Shown here: positions 16,349-25,202 of the stretch, one piece after another
Layout of the letters: each line of letters starts with the position of its first letter
Position numbering within the stretch: the first letter of the stretch is position 1
NCBI GenBank assembly: GCA_947383095.1
Contig: CANDBZ010000003.1
Span: forward strand, 1 to 44,192
DNA length: 44,192 nt
Source: an uncultured Clostridia bacterium
Lineage (GTDB): Bacteria > Bacillota > Clostridia > Christensenellales > CAG-917
Reading direction: 5' to 3'
The notes under the pieces: model-generated
Told to the model about the DNA's origin: nothing
Database searches by the model: none
What the model saw: the letters and a program-made list of their open reading frames with translations, nothing else
Translations under genes and position numbers: made by a program

Positions 16349-17887
16349 ATGCAAAAGAAGTTCAAGCAGTTTGACAGAGCATCGGGCATTTTGCTCAACA
16401 TATCGTCGCTTTCGGGGGAATACGGCATAGGCTGTTTTTCACACGACGCGGACGCGTTTGCCGATATGGCGGCGGATATGGGCTTCCATTGGTGGCAGGT
16501 GCTGCCGATAACTACTATAGGCTGCGGCAACTCGCCGTATTCGGGGCTGTCGACGTATGCGGGCAACCGTCTTTATATCTGCCCTGCGGAGCTGGAAAAG
16601 ATAGGCTTGCTTTCGCAGGAGGAGGTGCGGGCTTCGAAGTATCACGGCGAGCCTTACCGTACGGATTATGATTTTGCGCGTCTCAATACGGAGAAGTTTT
16701 TGAGGCTGGCGTTCTCGCGAATAGACGACGGTCTGCGCGCAGAAATAGAGGAATTTCGTCGGCAAAACGCGCATTGGGTGGAGGATTACGCGCTGTTTAT
16801 GTCTCTTGCCGCGACGCGCTCTACCGCGTGGTGGAGATGGGAGGACGGCTTGAAATACCGCCGTCCGAAGGACCTGCGCGAGGCGAGAGAGGAGCTTAAA
16901 GAGGATATAGACTTTTACGTCTTCGAGCAGTTTGAGTTTTTTAGAGAATGGAACGCGCTTAAGGCGCGCGTAAACGAGCGCGGCGTGGATATAATAGGCG
17001 ACTTGCCTTTTTACGTCGCTACCGACAGCGTTGACGTCTGGTCAAACCCGTCCGCGTTTCAGCTTGACGAAAATCTGTTGCCAAAGGCGATTGCGGGCGT
17101 ACCGCCGGACGCGTTTTCGAAAACGGGTCAGGTATGGGGCAATTGCTTATACGACTTTGAAAGCATGAAAAAGGACGGCTTCCGCTGGTGGCGCAGCCGT
17201 ATTTCCCATTGTCTCAAGCTGTACGACGCGCTTCGTCTCGACCATTTCCGCGCGTTTTACAATTATTTTTCCATTCCCGCGCGCGATTACAATACCGCGG
17301 CGAACGGGACGTGGGAAATGGGTCCTGCCGACGGTTTGCTTGACTTGGTGCATAGCGACCATCCCGACGCTTTGTTTATCGCGGAAGATCTGGGGCTTAT
17401 CGACGCCGATTGCCGCGAATATATCGATTCTACCGGCATTCCCACTATGAGGGTCTTTCAATTCGGCTTCGACGGCACGCCGAGCGTGCATTTGCCCTAT
17501 CGCTATGACGTCAACACTGTGGCGTATACGGGCACGCACGACAACACCACCACTCTCGGCTGGCTGTACGAGCTCAACGAGGGCGCGCGCAATTACGTCC
17601 TGAAATATTGCGGCTTCAAGGGAGCGGGCTGGGGCGCAGGAGGTCCCGACTGCGGCTCGACCAAGGCTATTGTGAAAACTATAATGATGTCGTCGTCAAC
17701 GCTTGCGGTGCTGCCTTATCAGGATATGCTCGGCTACGGCGGGGACACGCGTATGAATATCCCCGGCGTGGCGGAGGGTAATTGGACCTTCCGTCTGCCG
17801 TACCATCTCATGACGACGGTTGACAGGAATTATTTCCTCGACCTCAACAGCACGTACGGAAGATTGGGCAGGGGCTTCAAAAAGTAA
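16349..17887 (+). CDS. malQ: 4-alpha-glucanotransferase (amylomaltase, GH77)
   Basis: RASGILL, WQVLP, IGDLPFYV, GVPPDAFS, LRLDHFR, IAEDLG, YTGTHDN, RMNIPG. Confidence 0.95.
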   Translation: MQKKFKQFDRASGILLNISSLSGEYGIGCFSHDADAFADMAADMGFHWWQVLPITTIGCGNSPYSGLSTYAGNRLYICPAELEKIGLLSQEEVRASKYHGEPYRTDYDFARLNTEKFLRLAFSRIDDGLRAEIEEFRRQNAHWVEDYALFMSLAATRSTAWWRWEDGLKYRRPKDLREAREELKEDIDFYVFEQFEFFREWNALKARVNERGVDIIGDLPFYVATDSVDVWSNPSAFQLDENLLPKAIAGVPPDAFSKTGQVWGNCLYDFESMKKDGFRWWRSRISHCLKLYDALRLDHFRAFYNYFSIPARDYNTAANGTWEMGPADGLLDLVHSDHPDALFIAEDLGLIDADCREYIDSTGIPTMRVFQFGFDGTPSVHLPYRYDVNTVAYTGTHDNTTTLGWLYELNEGARNYVLKYCGFKGAGWGAGGPDCGSTKAIVKTIMMSSSTLAVLPYQDMLGYGGDTRMNIPGVAEGNWTFRLPYHLMTTVDRNYFLDLNSTYGRLGRGFKK

Positions 17888-17894
17888 AAGGCGT

Positions 17895-18380
17895 ATGATT
17901 TTGTTTTTCACCAAAGGCAGCGTGGACAGTGACAAGTTCGTCTTGTTCTGCTATAATCACTATAGAGACCTTATCGGCGACGAGAGCTTGCCCGCGCAGG
18001 TCAGGATCCTGCGTGAGGAAGGCTCAAAGCCCCGCTTCGATACGGACGAGGCGCATTTCAATCTGTCTCACTCCGGCGGGGTAGTTATGCTTGGCATATC
18101 TCACGCGCCGATAGGCGTGGATATAGAAAAGATGAGGGAGATAGATTTCAAAAAGTTCTCCTTTATCGACGCCGAAAGCGAGGAAGAGTTTTTTGAAAAA
18201 TGGACGGAGCGCGAAAGCTATCTCAAATGGACGGGAGAGGGCTTGCGCGCGCTTAAATGCGATATTCCCGACGGCGCGCATTTCGAGCATTTTCCCGTTT
18301 ATGACGGATATCATGCCTGCGTATGCGCGGAGGAGCAGAATATCAGGGCATACGATATCGACCCGAGCGCTATAGAATAG
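17895..18380 (+). CDS. 4'-phosphopantetheinyl transferase (compact Sfp-like)
   Basis: KP..FNLSHSG, IGVDIE, WTERESYLKWTGEGL; adjacent to ACP. Confidence 0.88.
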   Translation: MILFFTKGSVDSDKFVLFCYNHYRDLIGDESLPAQVRILREEGSKPRFDTDEAHFNLSHSGGVVMLGISHAPIGVDIEKMREIDFKKFSFIDAESEEEFFEKWTERESYLKWTGEGLRALKCDIPDGAHFEHFPVYDGYHACVCAEEQNIRAYDIDPSAIE

Positions 18381-18402
18381 CTAAAAAATAAAACAGAGAG
18401 GT

Positions 18403-18639
18403 ATGAAAATGTTGCTTGACAAAGTGAGAGGACTTATTGCGGAGCAAATGGGGTTACCCGTTGACCAAGTGAAGGCCGAAAGCCGTTTTATCGAAGATCT
18501 GGGCGCGGACAGCCTCGATTTGGTGGAAATGCTGATGACCGTCGAATCGGAATGGGGGCTTTTGATCGACGATGACGATATGAAGCGTTTCACGACGGTT
18601 GAAAGCGTCGTAAACTATATCGCTGAAAAGACGGAATAG
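18403..18639 (+). CDS. acpP: Acyl carrier protein
   Basis: 78 aa, acidic, EDLGADSLD phosphopantetheine motif. Confidence 0.93.
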   Translation: MKMLLDKVRGLIAEQMGLPVDQVKAESRFIEDLGADSLDLVEMLMTVESEWGLLIDDDDMKRFTTVESVVNYIAEKTE

Positions 18640-18663
18640 TTTGTTTTATACGAGGGATATATG

Positions 18664-18692
18664 AAAAGAGCGTGCATTTTGCACGCTCTTTC
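18664..18692. terminator. Bidirectional terminator
   Basis: AAAGAGCGTGCA-ttt-TGCACGCTCTTT. Confidence 0.8.
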
Positions 18693-18703
18693 TGTTTTTG
18701 AAT

Positions 18704-19573
18704 TTATCTGAATACCTTCAGGGTGTTGGCAACCAGATGACAGTTGATAAATTTGCTTTCAAAGACCTCGCCGTCCGCCTCGAATTTGCTGTCGTCAAGC
18801 ACTTCTATCTTGACGGACTTGCCCTCAAACTCCTCCGCATAGGATTTGTGCACGTGCTTGCCCGTGAGGAAGCCGAGCAGGCGGAAGGGTATCATAGCCT
18901 TTTTCATTTCGTTTACCACGACGATACTCAATTTGCCGTCGTCGACAACCGCGTTGGGGCATATCGGCATGCCTCCGCCTATGCTGCGACCGTTGCCTAT
19001 GCCTATCATGAACACGCTTTTGTCCATGGGCTTGCCGCCGTCTATTGTCAGGCGAAGCTTGTGCCATCTCGTGTGAGCAAGCACATAAAACAGAGAAGCG
19101 TAGTATTTGACTTTGCCGTGGAAGGGCTTCATCTCCGCATATTTGAGCAGTACGTCGACGTCCATACCCGCGCCGAGCACGTTGAGACAGCGCCTGTCGT
19201 CAAGCTGAATGAAATCGATATACGTTTCGTTGCCTTTGAGAATGACCTCCATCGCCTCTGTCACTTTTTTGGGATGCTTGCTCGCGCTGACGAAATCGTT
19301 GCCCGTGCCGCAGGGCACAAAGCCGAGCGTGACGTTTTCAAAATTTTCTATGCCGTTGAGGACGGAGTTATAGGACCCGTCGCCGCCCAGCATGAGTATT
19401 TTGCTGTCCGGCACGGCGGAAATTTCGCGCGTTATTTGAGTGGCGTGCTCTGCATATTCCGTGCGGTGAACGACATATTCGATAGACTTTTCTTTTAACA
19501 TGCTTTCGACGGTTTCAAGAGCTTTCAGGCTTTTGCCCTTGCCGCCTTTTGGATTTACGATAATATGATACAT
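18704..19573 (-). CDS. Diacylglycerol kinase family lipid kinase (YegS/DgkB-like)
   Basis: IVNPKGG, GGDGS, PCGTGNDF, GNGRSIGGG, EADGE. Confidence 0.9.
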   Translation of the reverse strand: MYHIIVNPKGGKGKSLKALETVESMLKEKSIEYVVHRTEYAEHATQITREISAVPDSKILMLGGDGSYNSVLNGIENFENVTLGFVPCGTGNDFVSASKHPKKVTEAMEVILKGNETYIDFIQLDDRRCLNVLGAGMDVDVLLKYAEMKPFHGKVKYYASLFYVLAHTRWHKLRLTIDGGKPMDKSVFMIGIGNGRSIGGGMPICPNAVVDDGKLSIVVVNEMKKAMIPFRLLGFLTGKHVHKSYAEEFEGKSVKIEVLDDSKFEADGEVFESKFINCHLVANTLKVFR

Positions 19574-19713
19574 AGCGTCTCCGTTGGGTTTGTTTGTGGT
19601 TTTATTTTAATATCAACGGTTTGCGTTGTCAATGAATTGAGGCACTTTAGCAAAATATCATACAAATTGTACGATAAGTCGAACAGTTGTATGATATTTG
19701 CGTCGTATAAGAT

Positions 19714-21306
19714 TTATCTTAAGGTTTCTTTTGCCGCGGAGACAAAGGCCTTGAAAAGCGGGTTGGCGCAATTCGGTCTCGACGTGAACTCCGGATGGAA
19801 CTGAACTCCCACGAAAAATCTGTTCGAGTCCGTTTCGACGGTTTCGACGATATTGCCGTCCGGCGACGTGCCGCTTATGACAAGTCCTGCCGCCGTCAGC
19901 CTTTGGCGGTAATCGTTGTTGAATTCGTATCTGTGGCGGTGTCTTTCTTCTATCTGCAATTTGCCGTATGCATCCGCCATTTGCGTGCCCGCGAGTATGG
20001 CGCAGGGATACGCGCCAAGTCTCATCGTGCCGCCAAGGCGTTTGCCGTTTTGGTCGGGCATAAGGTCTATCACGCGCGCCCCGCCTTTTTCAAACTCGCC
20101 GCTTGTGGCGTTCTTTATGCCGGCGACGTTTCTTGCGAATTCTATCACGGCGATTTGCATGCCGAGGCATATGCCGAAGTAGGGGATATCCCTTTCGCGC
20201 GCGTATCTGCACGCCTCGATCATGCCTTCCGTGCCTCTTGTGCCGAAGCCTCCCGGCACGAGAATGCCTTGCGCGGACTTAAGCTTTTGAGCGACGTTGC
20301 CGGAGGTGATCTCCTCGCTGTCCACCCAATCGATCTCTACGTTGGTGTGACACGCGTAGGATGCGTGATTCAATGACTCGATTATCGAAAGATAGGAGTC
20401 GTGGAGCGAAACGTATTTGCCTACGATCGCTATTTTAGTCTTGCCCTTTCTCGTGCGTATATCGCGCACAAGCGATTTCCATGAGGAAAGATCGCATTTG
20501 TTTTTCAGCTTGAGAGCGCGGCAGACTACTTTGTCAAGTCCGTTTTCGTGAAGCATCAAGGGAGCTTCGTACAGACACCCGACGGTGGTGTTCGAGATGA
20601 CGCAGTCCTCCTTGACGGAGCAGAACAGAGCTATCTTTTTGCGTATCGCGTCGCCGCAATCCTCGTCGGAGCGGGTGATTATTATATCGGGAGAGATGCC
20701 CGTCGCCTGAAGCTCCTTGGTGGAATGCTGCGCGGGCTTTGATTTGTATTCGTCGGAGCCGCTGATGTAGGGCACAAGACAAACGTGGATAAACAGGCAG
20801 TTTTCTCTGCCGACTTCAGTAGAGAACTGACGTATGGCCTCCAAAAACGGCTGGCTTTCTATATCTCCGATGGTGCCGCCTATTTCCGTTATCATGACGT
20901 CCGCGCCCGTGAGCTCCGCGTTTTTGCGGATGAAGCTTTTTATCTCGTTTGTCACGTGCGGGATGATCTGGACGGTTTGTCCGAGGTATTCGCCGTTGCG
21001 CTCTTTGTTGAGCACGGTCCAAAACACCTTGCCGCTTGTCAGGTTGGAAAACTTTGTCAGATTCTCGTCGATAAACCTTTCGTAATGTCCGAGGTCGAGG
21101 TCGGTTTCCGCTCCGTCGTGGGTGACAAACACTTCGCCGTGTTGGGTGGGGTTCATCGTGCCGGGGTCTATGTTCATGTACGGGTCGAATTTTTGCGCCG
21201 CTATCTTGTAGCCCCGCAATTTAAGAAGTCTGCCCAGAGACGCCGCCACTATTCCCTTGCCGAGACCCGATACGACTCCGCCCGTAACAAAGATGTATTT
21301 TGCCAT
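19714..21306 (-). CDS. pyrG: CTP synthase
   Basis: MAKYIFVTGGVVSGLGKG, DPGTMNP, GICLGMQ, RHRHRYE, QFHPEF. Start at ATG 21306 after GGAGG. Confidence 0.97.
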   Translation of the reverse strand: MAKYIFVTGGVVSGLGKGIVAASLGRLLKLRGYKIAAQKFDPYMNIDPGTMNPTQHGEVFVTHDGAETDLDLGHYERFIDENLTKFSNLTSGKVFWTVLNKERNGEYLGQTVQIIPHVTNEIKSFIRKNAELTGADVMITEIGGTIGDIESQPFLEAIRQFSTEVGRENCLFIHVCLVPYISGSDEYKSKPAQHSTKELQATGISPDIIITRSDEDCGDAIRKKIALFCSVKEDCVISNTTVGCLYEAPLMLHENGLDKVVCRALKLKNKCDLSSWKSLVRDIRTRKGKTKIAIVGKYVSLHDSYLSIIESLNHASYACHTNVEIDWVDSEEITSGNVAQKLKSAQGILVPGGFGTRGTEGMIEACRYARERDIPYFGICLGMQIAVIEFARNVAGIKNATSGEFEKGGARVIDLMPDQNGKRLGGTMRLGAYPCAILAGTQMADAYGKLQIEERHRHRYEFNNDYRQRLTAAGLVISGTSPDGNIVETVETDSNRFFVGVQFHPEFTSRPNCANPLFKAFVSAAKETLR

Positions 21307-21357
21307 AAATTTATCCTCCGTTGCCTGTTTTTTGTGCTTTTTTTGTTCAAAATTCCC

Positions 21358-21407
21358 AAAAAAAAGGCGTTTTTTTTTAGGGATGTCATCTCCTAAAGAA
21401 AAAACGC
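21358..21407 (-). terminator. Intrinsic terminator within the pyrG 5' leader (putative attenuator)
   Basis: Minus strand GCGTTTTTT-c-TTTAGG...CCTAAA-AAAAAACGC followed by C and eight T, between promoter and RBS. Confidence 0.6.
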
Positions 21408-21470
21408 TTTGCATTTTTATATTCGATTTTATGTTTTTGCCGGCGCGCGGCCTTTTCAAAAACAGGTATA

Positions 21471-21499
21471 AATTTATCACACGAAAACTCTGTTGTCAA
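21471..21499 (-). promoter_or_regulatory. Sigma-A promoter of pyrG
   Basis: TTGACA-17-TAAATT with extended TG. Confidence 0.7.
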
Positions 21500-21527
21500 T
21501 ATTATTCAACAAGTTTTTCGTTTATTT

Positions 21528-22475
21528 TCATGCGCGCTCTATTTCGCCCGTAACGAGCTGCGCGAACGTAGCGATATCGGTTTCTCCGCTCGCTTTTTCG
21601 GCGGCGGCTTCCACGGCGTTCGCCGCGTCGTCGCGATTGAGTGAGTGGCGCAACAGCATAGCCGCCGAAAGCGCAGCATAAAATCCCCGCTTCATGCCGA
21701 TGGCGCCGCCGCTCCAAGCGCCGTATATGCCCTGCGAGGTTTCTCCAAGCGCCGCGAACGCGCAAGCGTCGGGGGCTTCCGCCGCACAGGACAGCAGGGG
21801 ACATACAAACGAGCTCATCAGGCTGGGAGTGAGTATCACGTCAAAACGGGACGGGTTTAAAGCGATTTCCGTTACAGCCTCGTCCGCGAGCTTGTAGTCC
21901 GCTTGTACAAACGGATAATCCTCGTTGATGTCGGCGACTATCTTGCGCCACAGCTGCGAGGTTGTCAGCATGTCCGCGCAGTCTATAAGCGTTATCCTGC
22001 GGCGACGGCTTTGCGCCGCCTCATATGCGATCCTTGCGACGCGTTCTATCTCCAGTTCGCTGTAGCGCTCCGTGTCGTACGCTTCGCGGCCGAACGAAGA
22101 GTTGTTTGCAAAGCCGCCGCGCGCGACTGACGCGTTGCGTACGTCCGTGACGGCGAAGATATTTATGCCGCTTTTCGATAATGAAAATGCGCGCGCGTGC
22201 GCGTACAGCCCGAGAGAGCTTGAGAGGGCGGTCAACGCGTATTGCTCGGCAGAGTGCGGACGTGCGTAAAACAACACGGCGTCCGCGGCTTTCGCCGCGC
22301 TCTGCGACTCCTTGAAGCAGGCGCTGTCCGCGCTCCTTAAGCCGCTTATGTTCACGTCGTCGAAGGTGAAAGTGATAGAAAACTTTTTACCTGCCGCGGC
22401 AAGTATGGTTTTTGCGCAGTCTACGCTTTGAATACTGCCTTCATCGGAGATAAAGCAAACGATTTTATATGTCAT
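21528..22475 (-). CDS. leuB: LeuB-like (isopropylmalate/isocitrate dehydrogenase fold) protein, catalytically degenerate
   Basis: Retains AYDTERYSELEIERVARIAYEAA, SQLWR, NPSRFDVIL and LSAAMLLRHSL and lies downstream of leuA, but most active-site residues are replaced. Confidence 0.8.
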   Translation of the reverse strand: MTYKIVCFISDEGSIQSVDCAKTILAAAGKKFSITFTFDDVNISGLRSADSACFKESQSAAKAADAVLFYARPHSAEQYALTALSSSLGLYAHARAFSLSKSGINIFAVTDVRNASVARGGFANNSSFGREAYDTERYSELEIERVARIAYEAAQSRRRRITLIDCADMLTTSQLWRKIVADINEDYPFVQADYKLADEAVTEIALNPSRFDVILTPSLMSSFVCPLLSCAAEAPDACAFAALGETSQGIYGAWSGGAIGMKRGFYAALSAAMLLRHSLNRDDAANAVEAAAEKASGETDIATFAQLVTGEIERA

Positions 22476-22489
22476 ATTTGTCCTTTGCG

Positions 22490-23998
22490 TTACGCTTCGT
22501 ATTGAAGCAGTTTATTAGTGGCATCGACGTAAGCCAGCAGCGACGCTTCGAGCACGTCCGTCGATATACCTTTGCCCGTTGTCTGCACGTCGCCGTCGGC
22601 AAGCTTGACGGTTGCCTCGCCGAGGGCGTCCTTTCCCTCCGACACAGAGTGCAGCTGATAATCTATCAGCTTGAAGCTCTGTCCCGTTATCGCGCTTATC
22701 GCTTTAAAGCCCGCGTCGATAGGACCGTCGCCGCTCATCTTGTCGGAGAGCGTTTTCCCCTCCGTTTGCAGGACGACGCTTGCTGACGCGCTGTTTTTGT
22801 AGGCGGAGACCTCATAGTCCTTAAGGGCGTATATGCGCTTGACGATACGCCTCGTATGCCCCGCAAGCAGGGCTTCTATGTCTGCGCGCGTGATTTCCTT
22901 TTTGCGGTCGGCAAGCTCCTTATATGCGGGGAACACGGCGTTTATCTGTTCTTCCGTGAGGCTGTAGCCCATTTCGTCGGCAAGCTGCGCGAAGGCGTGT
23001 TTGCCGCTGTGCTTGCCGAGCAGCAGCTCGTTTTGCGGCATGCCCACCGCTTCGGGATTTATTATCTCGTATGTCGCTTTGTCCTGCATTATCCCGTGCT
23101 GGTGTATGCCCGACTCGTGCACGAACGCGTTTTTGCCGACTATTGCTTTGTTTGGCGGCAGCTTGACGCCTATCACGCTAGATACGAGCCTTGAAGTGCG
23201 GTACAGCTTCTTTGAGTCGACATCCGTGTATGCGTCGAAGGCGTTCTCGCGGGTCTTCAATGCCATGACTATTTCTTCGAGAGCGGCGTTGCCCGCGCGC
23301 TCTCCTATGCCGTTTACGGTACATTCCACCTGCCGCGCTCCCGCCGCGACCCCTGCGAGCGAGTTTGCGACCGCCATGCCGAGGTCGTTGTGGCAGTGCA
23401 TGGACAGCACGACGTTTTCTATGCCGTCGACGTTGTTTATGATGCTATCGACCATGCGGTACGTCTCCTGCGGGGTGGCGTAACCCGTCGTATCGGGCAG
23501 GTTTATCGTGGTCGCGCCCGCAAGCACGGCGGTCTGCGTCGCTTTCGTCAGGAAGTCGATAGGAGTGCGCGAAGCGTCCTCGAAGCTGAATTGAACGTCG
23601 CCTGCAAGCGACCGCGCGTATCGCGTATACTCGTCGATTATTTCGAGGCAACGGTTTTGGTCTATATGAAGCTTGCGCTCGAGGTGAACGGGCGACGTGG
23701 CGATAAAAATGTGTATGCGGGGATGTGCCGCGCCTTTTATCGCGGCGTACGTTTTGTCTATGTCCTCTTTTTTGCAACGGCAAAGTCCCGCTACCGCGCT
23801 GTTTTTGCAAGCGGCGGCGATGGATTGCACGGCTTTAAACTCTCCTTCGCTTGCCGCGGGAAAGCCTGCTTCTATCACGTCTACGCCCAATGCCTCGAGC
23901 GCCTCGGCGATGTCAAGCTTCTCGCTTAAATGCATGCTGCATCCGGGGGACTGTTCTCCGTCGCGCAGAGTAGTGTCGAATATAAGTATCTTGTTCAT
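22490..23998 (-). CDS. leuA: 2-isopropylmalate synthase
   Basis: DTTLRDGEQ, IEAGFP, HCHNDLG, GIGERAGN, HESGIHQ, LGKHSG and the regulatory-domain motif GDGPIDA. Confidence 0.95.
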   Translation of the reverse strand: MNKILIFDTTLRDGEQSPGCSMHLSEKLDIAEALEALGVDVIEAGFPAASEGEFKAVQSIAAACKNSAVAGLCRCKKEDIDKTYAAIKGAAHPRIHIFIATSPVHLERKLHIDQNRCLEIIDEYTRYARSLAGDVQFSFEDASRTPIDFLTKATQTAVLAGATTINLPDTTGYATPQETYRMVDSIINNVDGIENVVLSMHCHNDLGMAVANSLAGVAAGARQVECTVNGIGERAGNAALEEIVMALKTRENAFDAYTDVDSKKLYRTSRLVSSVIGVKLPPNKAIVGKNAFVHESGIHQHGIMQDKATYEIINPEAVGMPQNELLLGKHSGKHAFAQLADEMGYSLTEEQINAVFPAYKELADRKKEITRADIEALLAGHTRRIVKRIYALKDYEVSAYKNSASASVVLQTEGKTLSDKMSGDGPIDAGFKAISAITGQSFKLIDYQLHSVSEGKDALGEATVKLADGDVQTTGKGISTDVLEASLLAYVDATNKLLQYEA

Positions 23999-24130
23999 TT
24001 TCACCCGACCGTATATAATTTATAATTATTTATTCCCAATAATAAAACAATATCGTATCCCCGTCAAATCAAATTTGAAGAGGCTGTTTTGCGGCGGCAA
24101 AGCGTATGCGCTCTTTTAAGAGAGCAAAAA

Positions 24131-24248
24131 TAAATATTTATTCATATTTTTTTGCATATTTGAATAAATAATGTATAAAATTTGATAATTTAAAAGAAAA
24201 AATAATTTTTTTTGAAATTTTATGCAAATTCGGTTGCATTTATTTTTT
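24131..24248 (+). promoter_or_regulatory. Candidate ARG boxes (ArgR sites) upstream of the amino-acid ABC operon
   Basis: TAAATATTTATTCA (24131-24144) and TGAAATTTTATGCA (24213-24226), each one mismatch to TGMATWWWWATKCA, plus weaker neighbours. The region is AT-rich, so chance matches are possible. Confidence 0.45.
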
Positions 24249-24304
24249 CAAAGTGTTAGTATTGCAACACGACATCGAAATCATAAATATTGAGGAGAAT
24301 AATC

Positions 24305-25192
24305 ATGAAAAAAATCGTAAAGATCATCGTTTCCGTGCTGTGCGTCGCGACACTTGTCGGCGCGTGCGTCGCGCTCGCCGCATGCAATAATACGGGCAAC
24401 AGTTCAAAGAGAATAAATATGGTCAACGCGGAGCTTTCAAGCGAGCAGTACGCGTTCATTTTCAACAAGCAGAACGACGAGCTCAAGGCGCAGATAAACA
24501 CGCTGCTTGTCGAAAAAGCGACGGAGATCGAGGCTATAAAAAACAAGTACCTCGGCGCGACGGCAGAAGAACTGACGACGTTCGGCAAAACGTACAGTAC
24601 GGAGCCGACCAACTCCGACGGCGAATTCGTGGTTGCGACGAATTTGGCGTTCTCTCCCTTTGAATATAAAAACGGTAGCTATATCGCAGGCATAGACATG
24701 GAAATTGCGGAGCTGTTTGCACAGGAGTTGGGCAAGACGCTTGTTGTCGTTCATATTGATAATTTTGATTCGATTGTGCCTGCAGTCGGCGCGCCCAACT
24801 CGCAATACGATATCGGCATGGCGGCGTTCACCGTCTCTCCCGACCGCGCGGAGACCGTAAATTTTTCCGACACATATTACGACACGACTCAAGTCATTCT
24901 GACCAAAAACGGCAACACGGTCTTTGACTACTGCACGTCTGCGGACGAGGTCAAAGCGGTGCTCGCAGGCCTCGAAGGCGCGGCTGCGAAGTGCGGCGGT
25001 CAGACGGGCACTACGGGACAGCAATTTGTCATAGGAAACGAGTCTCTCGACTTCGATGGATACGAAAATCTCGACTTCGGCGGATATGATTCGCCGGCGC
25101 TCGCCGTCGAGGATATGCTCAACGGAAACATCAATTTCGTGATAGTCGATAAGGCGGTCGCAGTTTCATTGCTCAAGAGCTTCAACGCCTGA
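24305..25192 (+). CDS. Polar amino-acid ABC transporter substrate-binding lipoprotein, circularly permuted
   Basis: Lipobox LAAC; VVATNLAFSPFEY, GIDMEIA, DIGMAAFTVSPDR, FSDTYY, GQTGTTG. The EQYAF...NKY segment comes before the usual domain start. Confidence 0.9.
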   Translation: MKKIVKIIVSVLCVATLVGACVALAACNNTGNSSKRINMVNAELSSEQYAFIFNKQNDELKAQINTLLVEKATEIEAIKNKYLGATAEELTTFGKTYSTEPTNSDGEFVVATNLAFSPFEYKNGSYIAGIDMEIAELFAQELGKTLVVVHIDNFDSIVPAVGAPNSQYDIGMAAFTVSPDRAETVNFSDTYYDTTQVILTKNGNTVFDYCTSADEVKAVLAGLEGAAAKCGGQTGTTGQQFVIGNESLDFDGYENLDFGGYDSPALAVEDMLNGNINFVIVDKAVAVSLLKSFNA

Positions 25193-25202
25193 TAGGTGAA
25201 AG

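Noticed and set aside
21307-21480. 58-aa N-terminal extension of PyrG in the ORF track
   Set aside because: It spans the promoter and leader; the true start MAKYIF at 21306 has a GGAGG RBS. Similar over-extensions were trimmed for the ORFs at 2436, 14226, 15001, 17820 and 35992.
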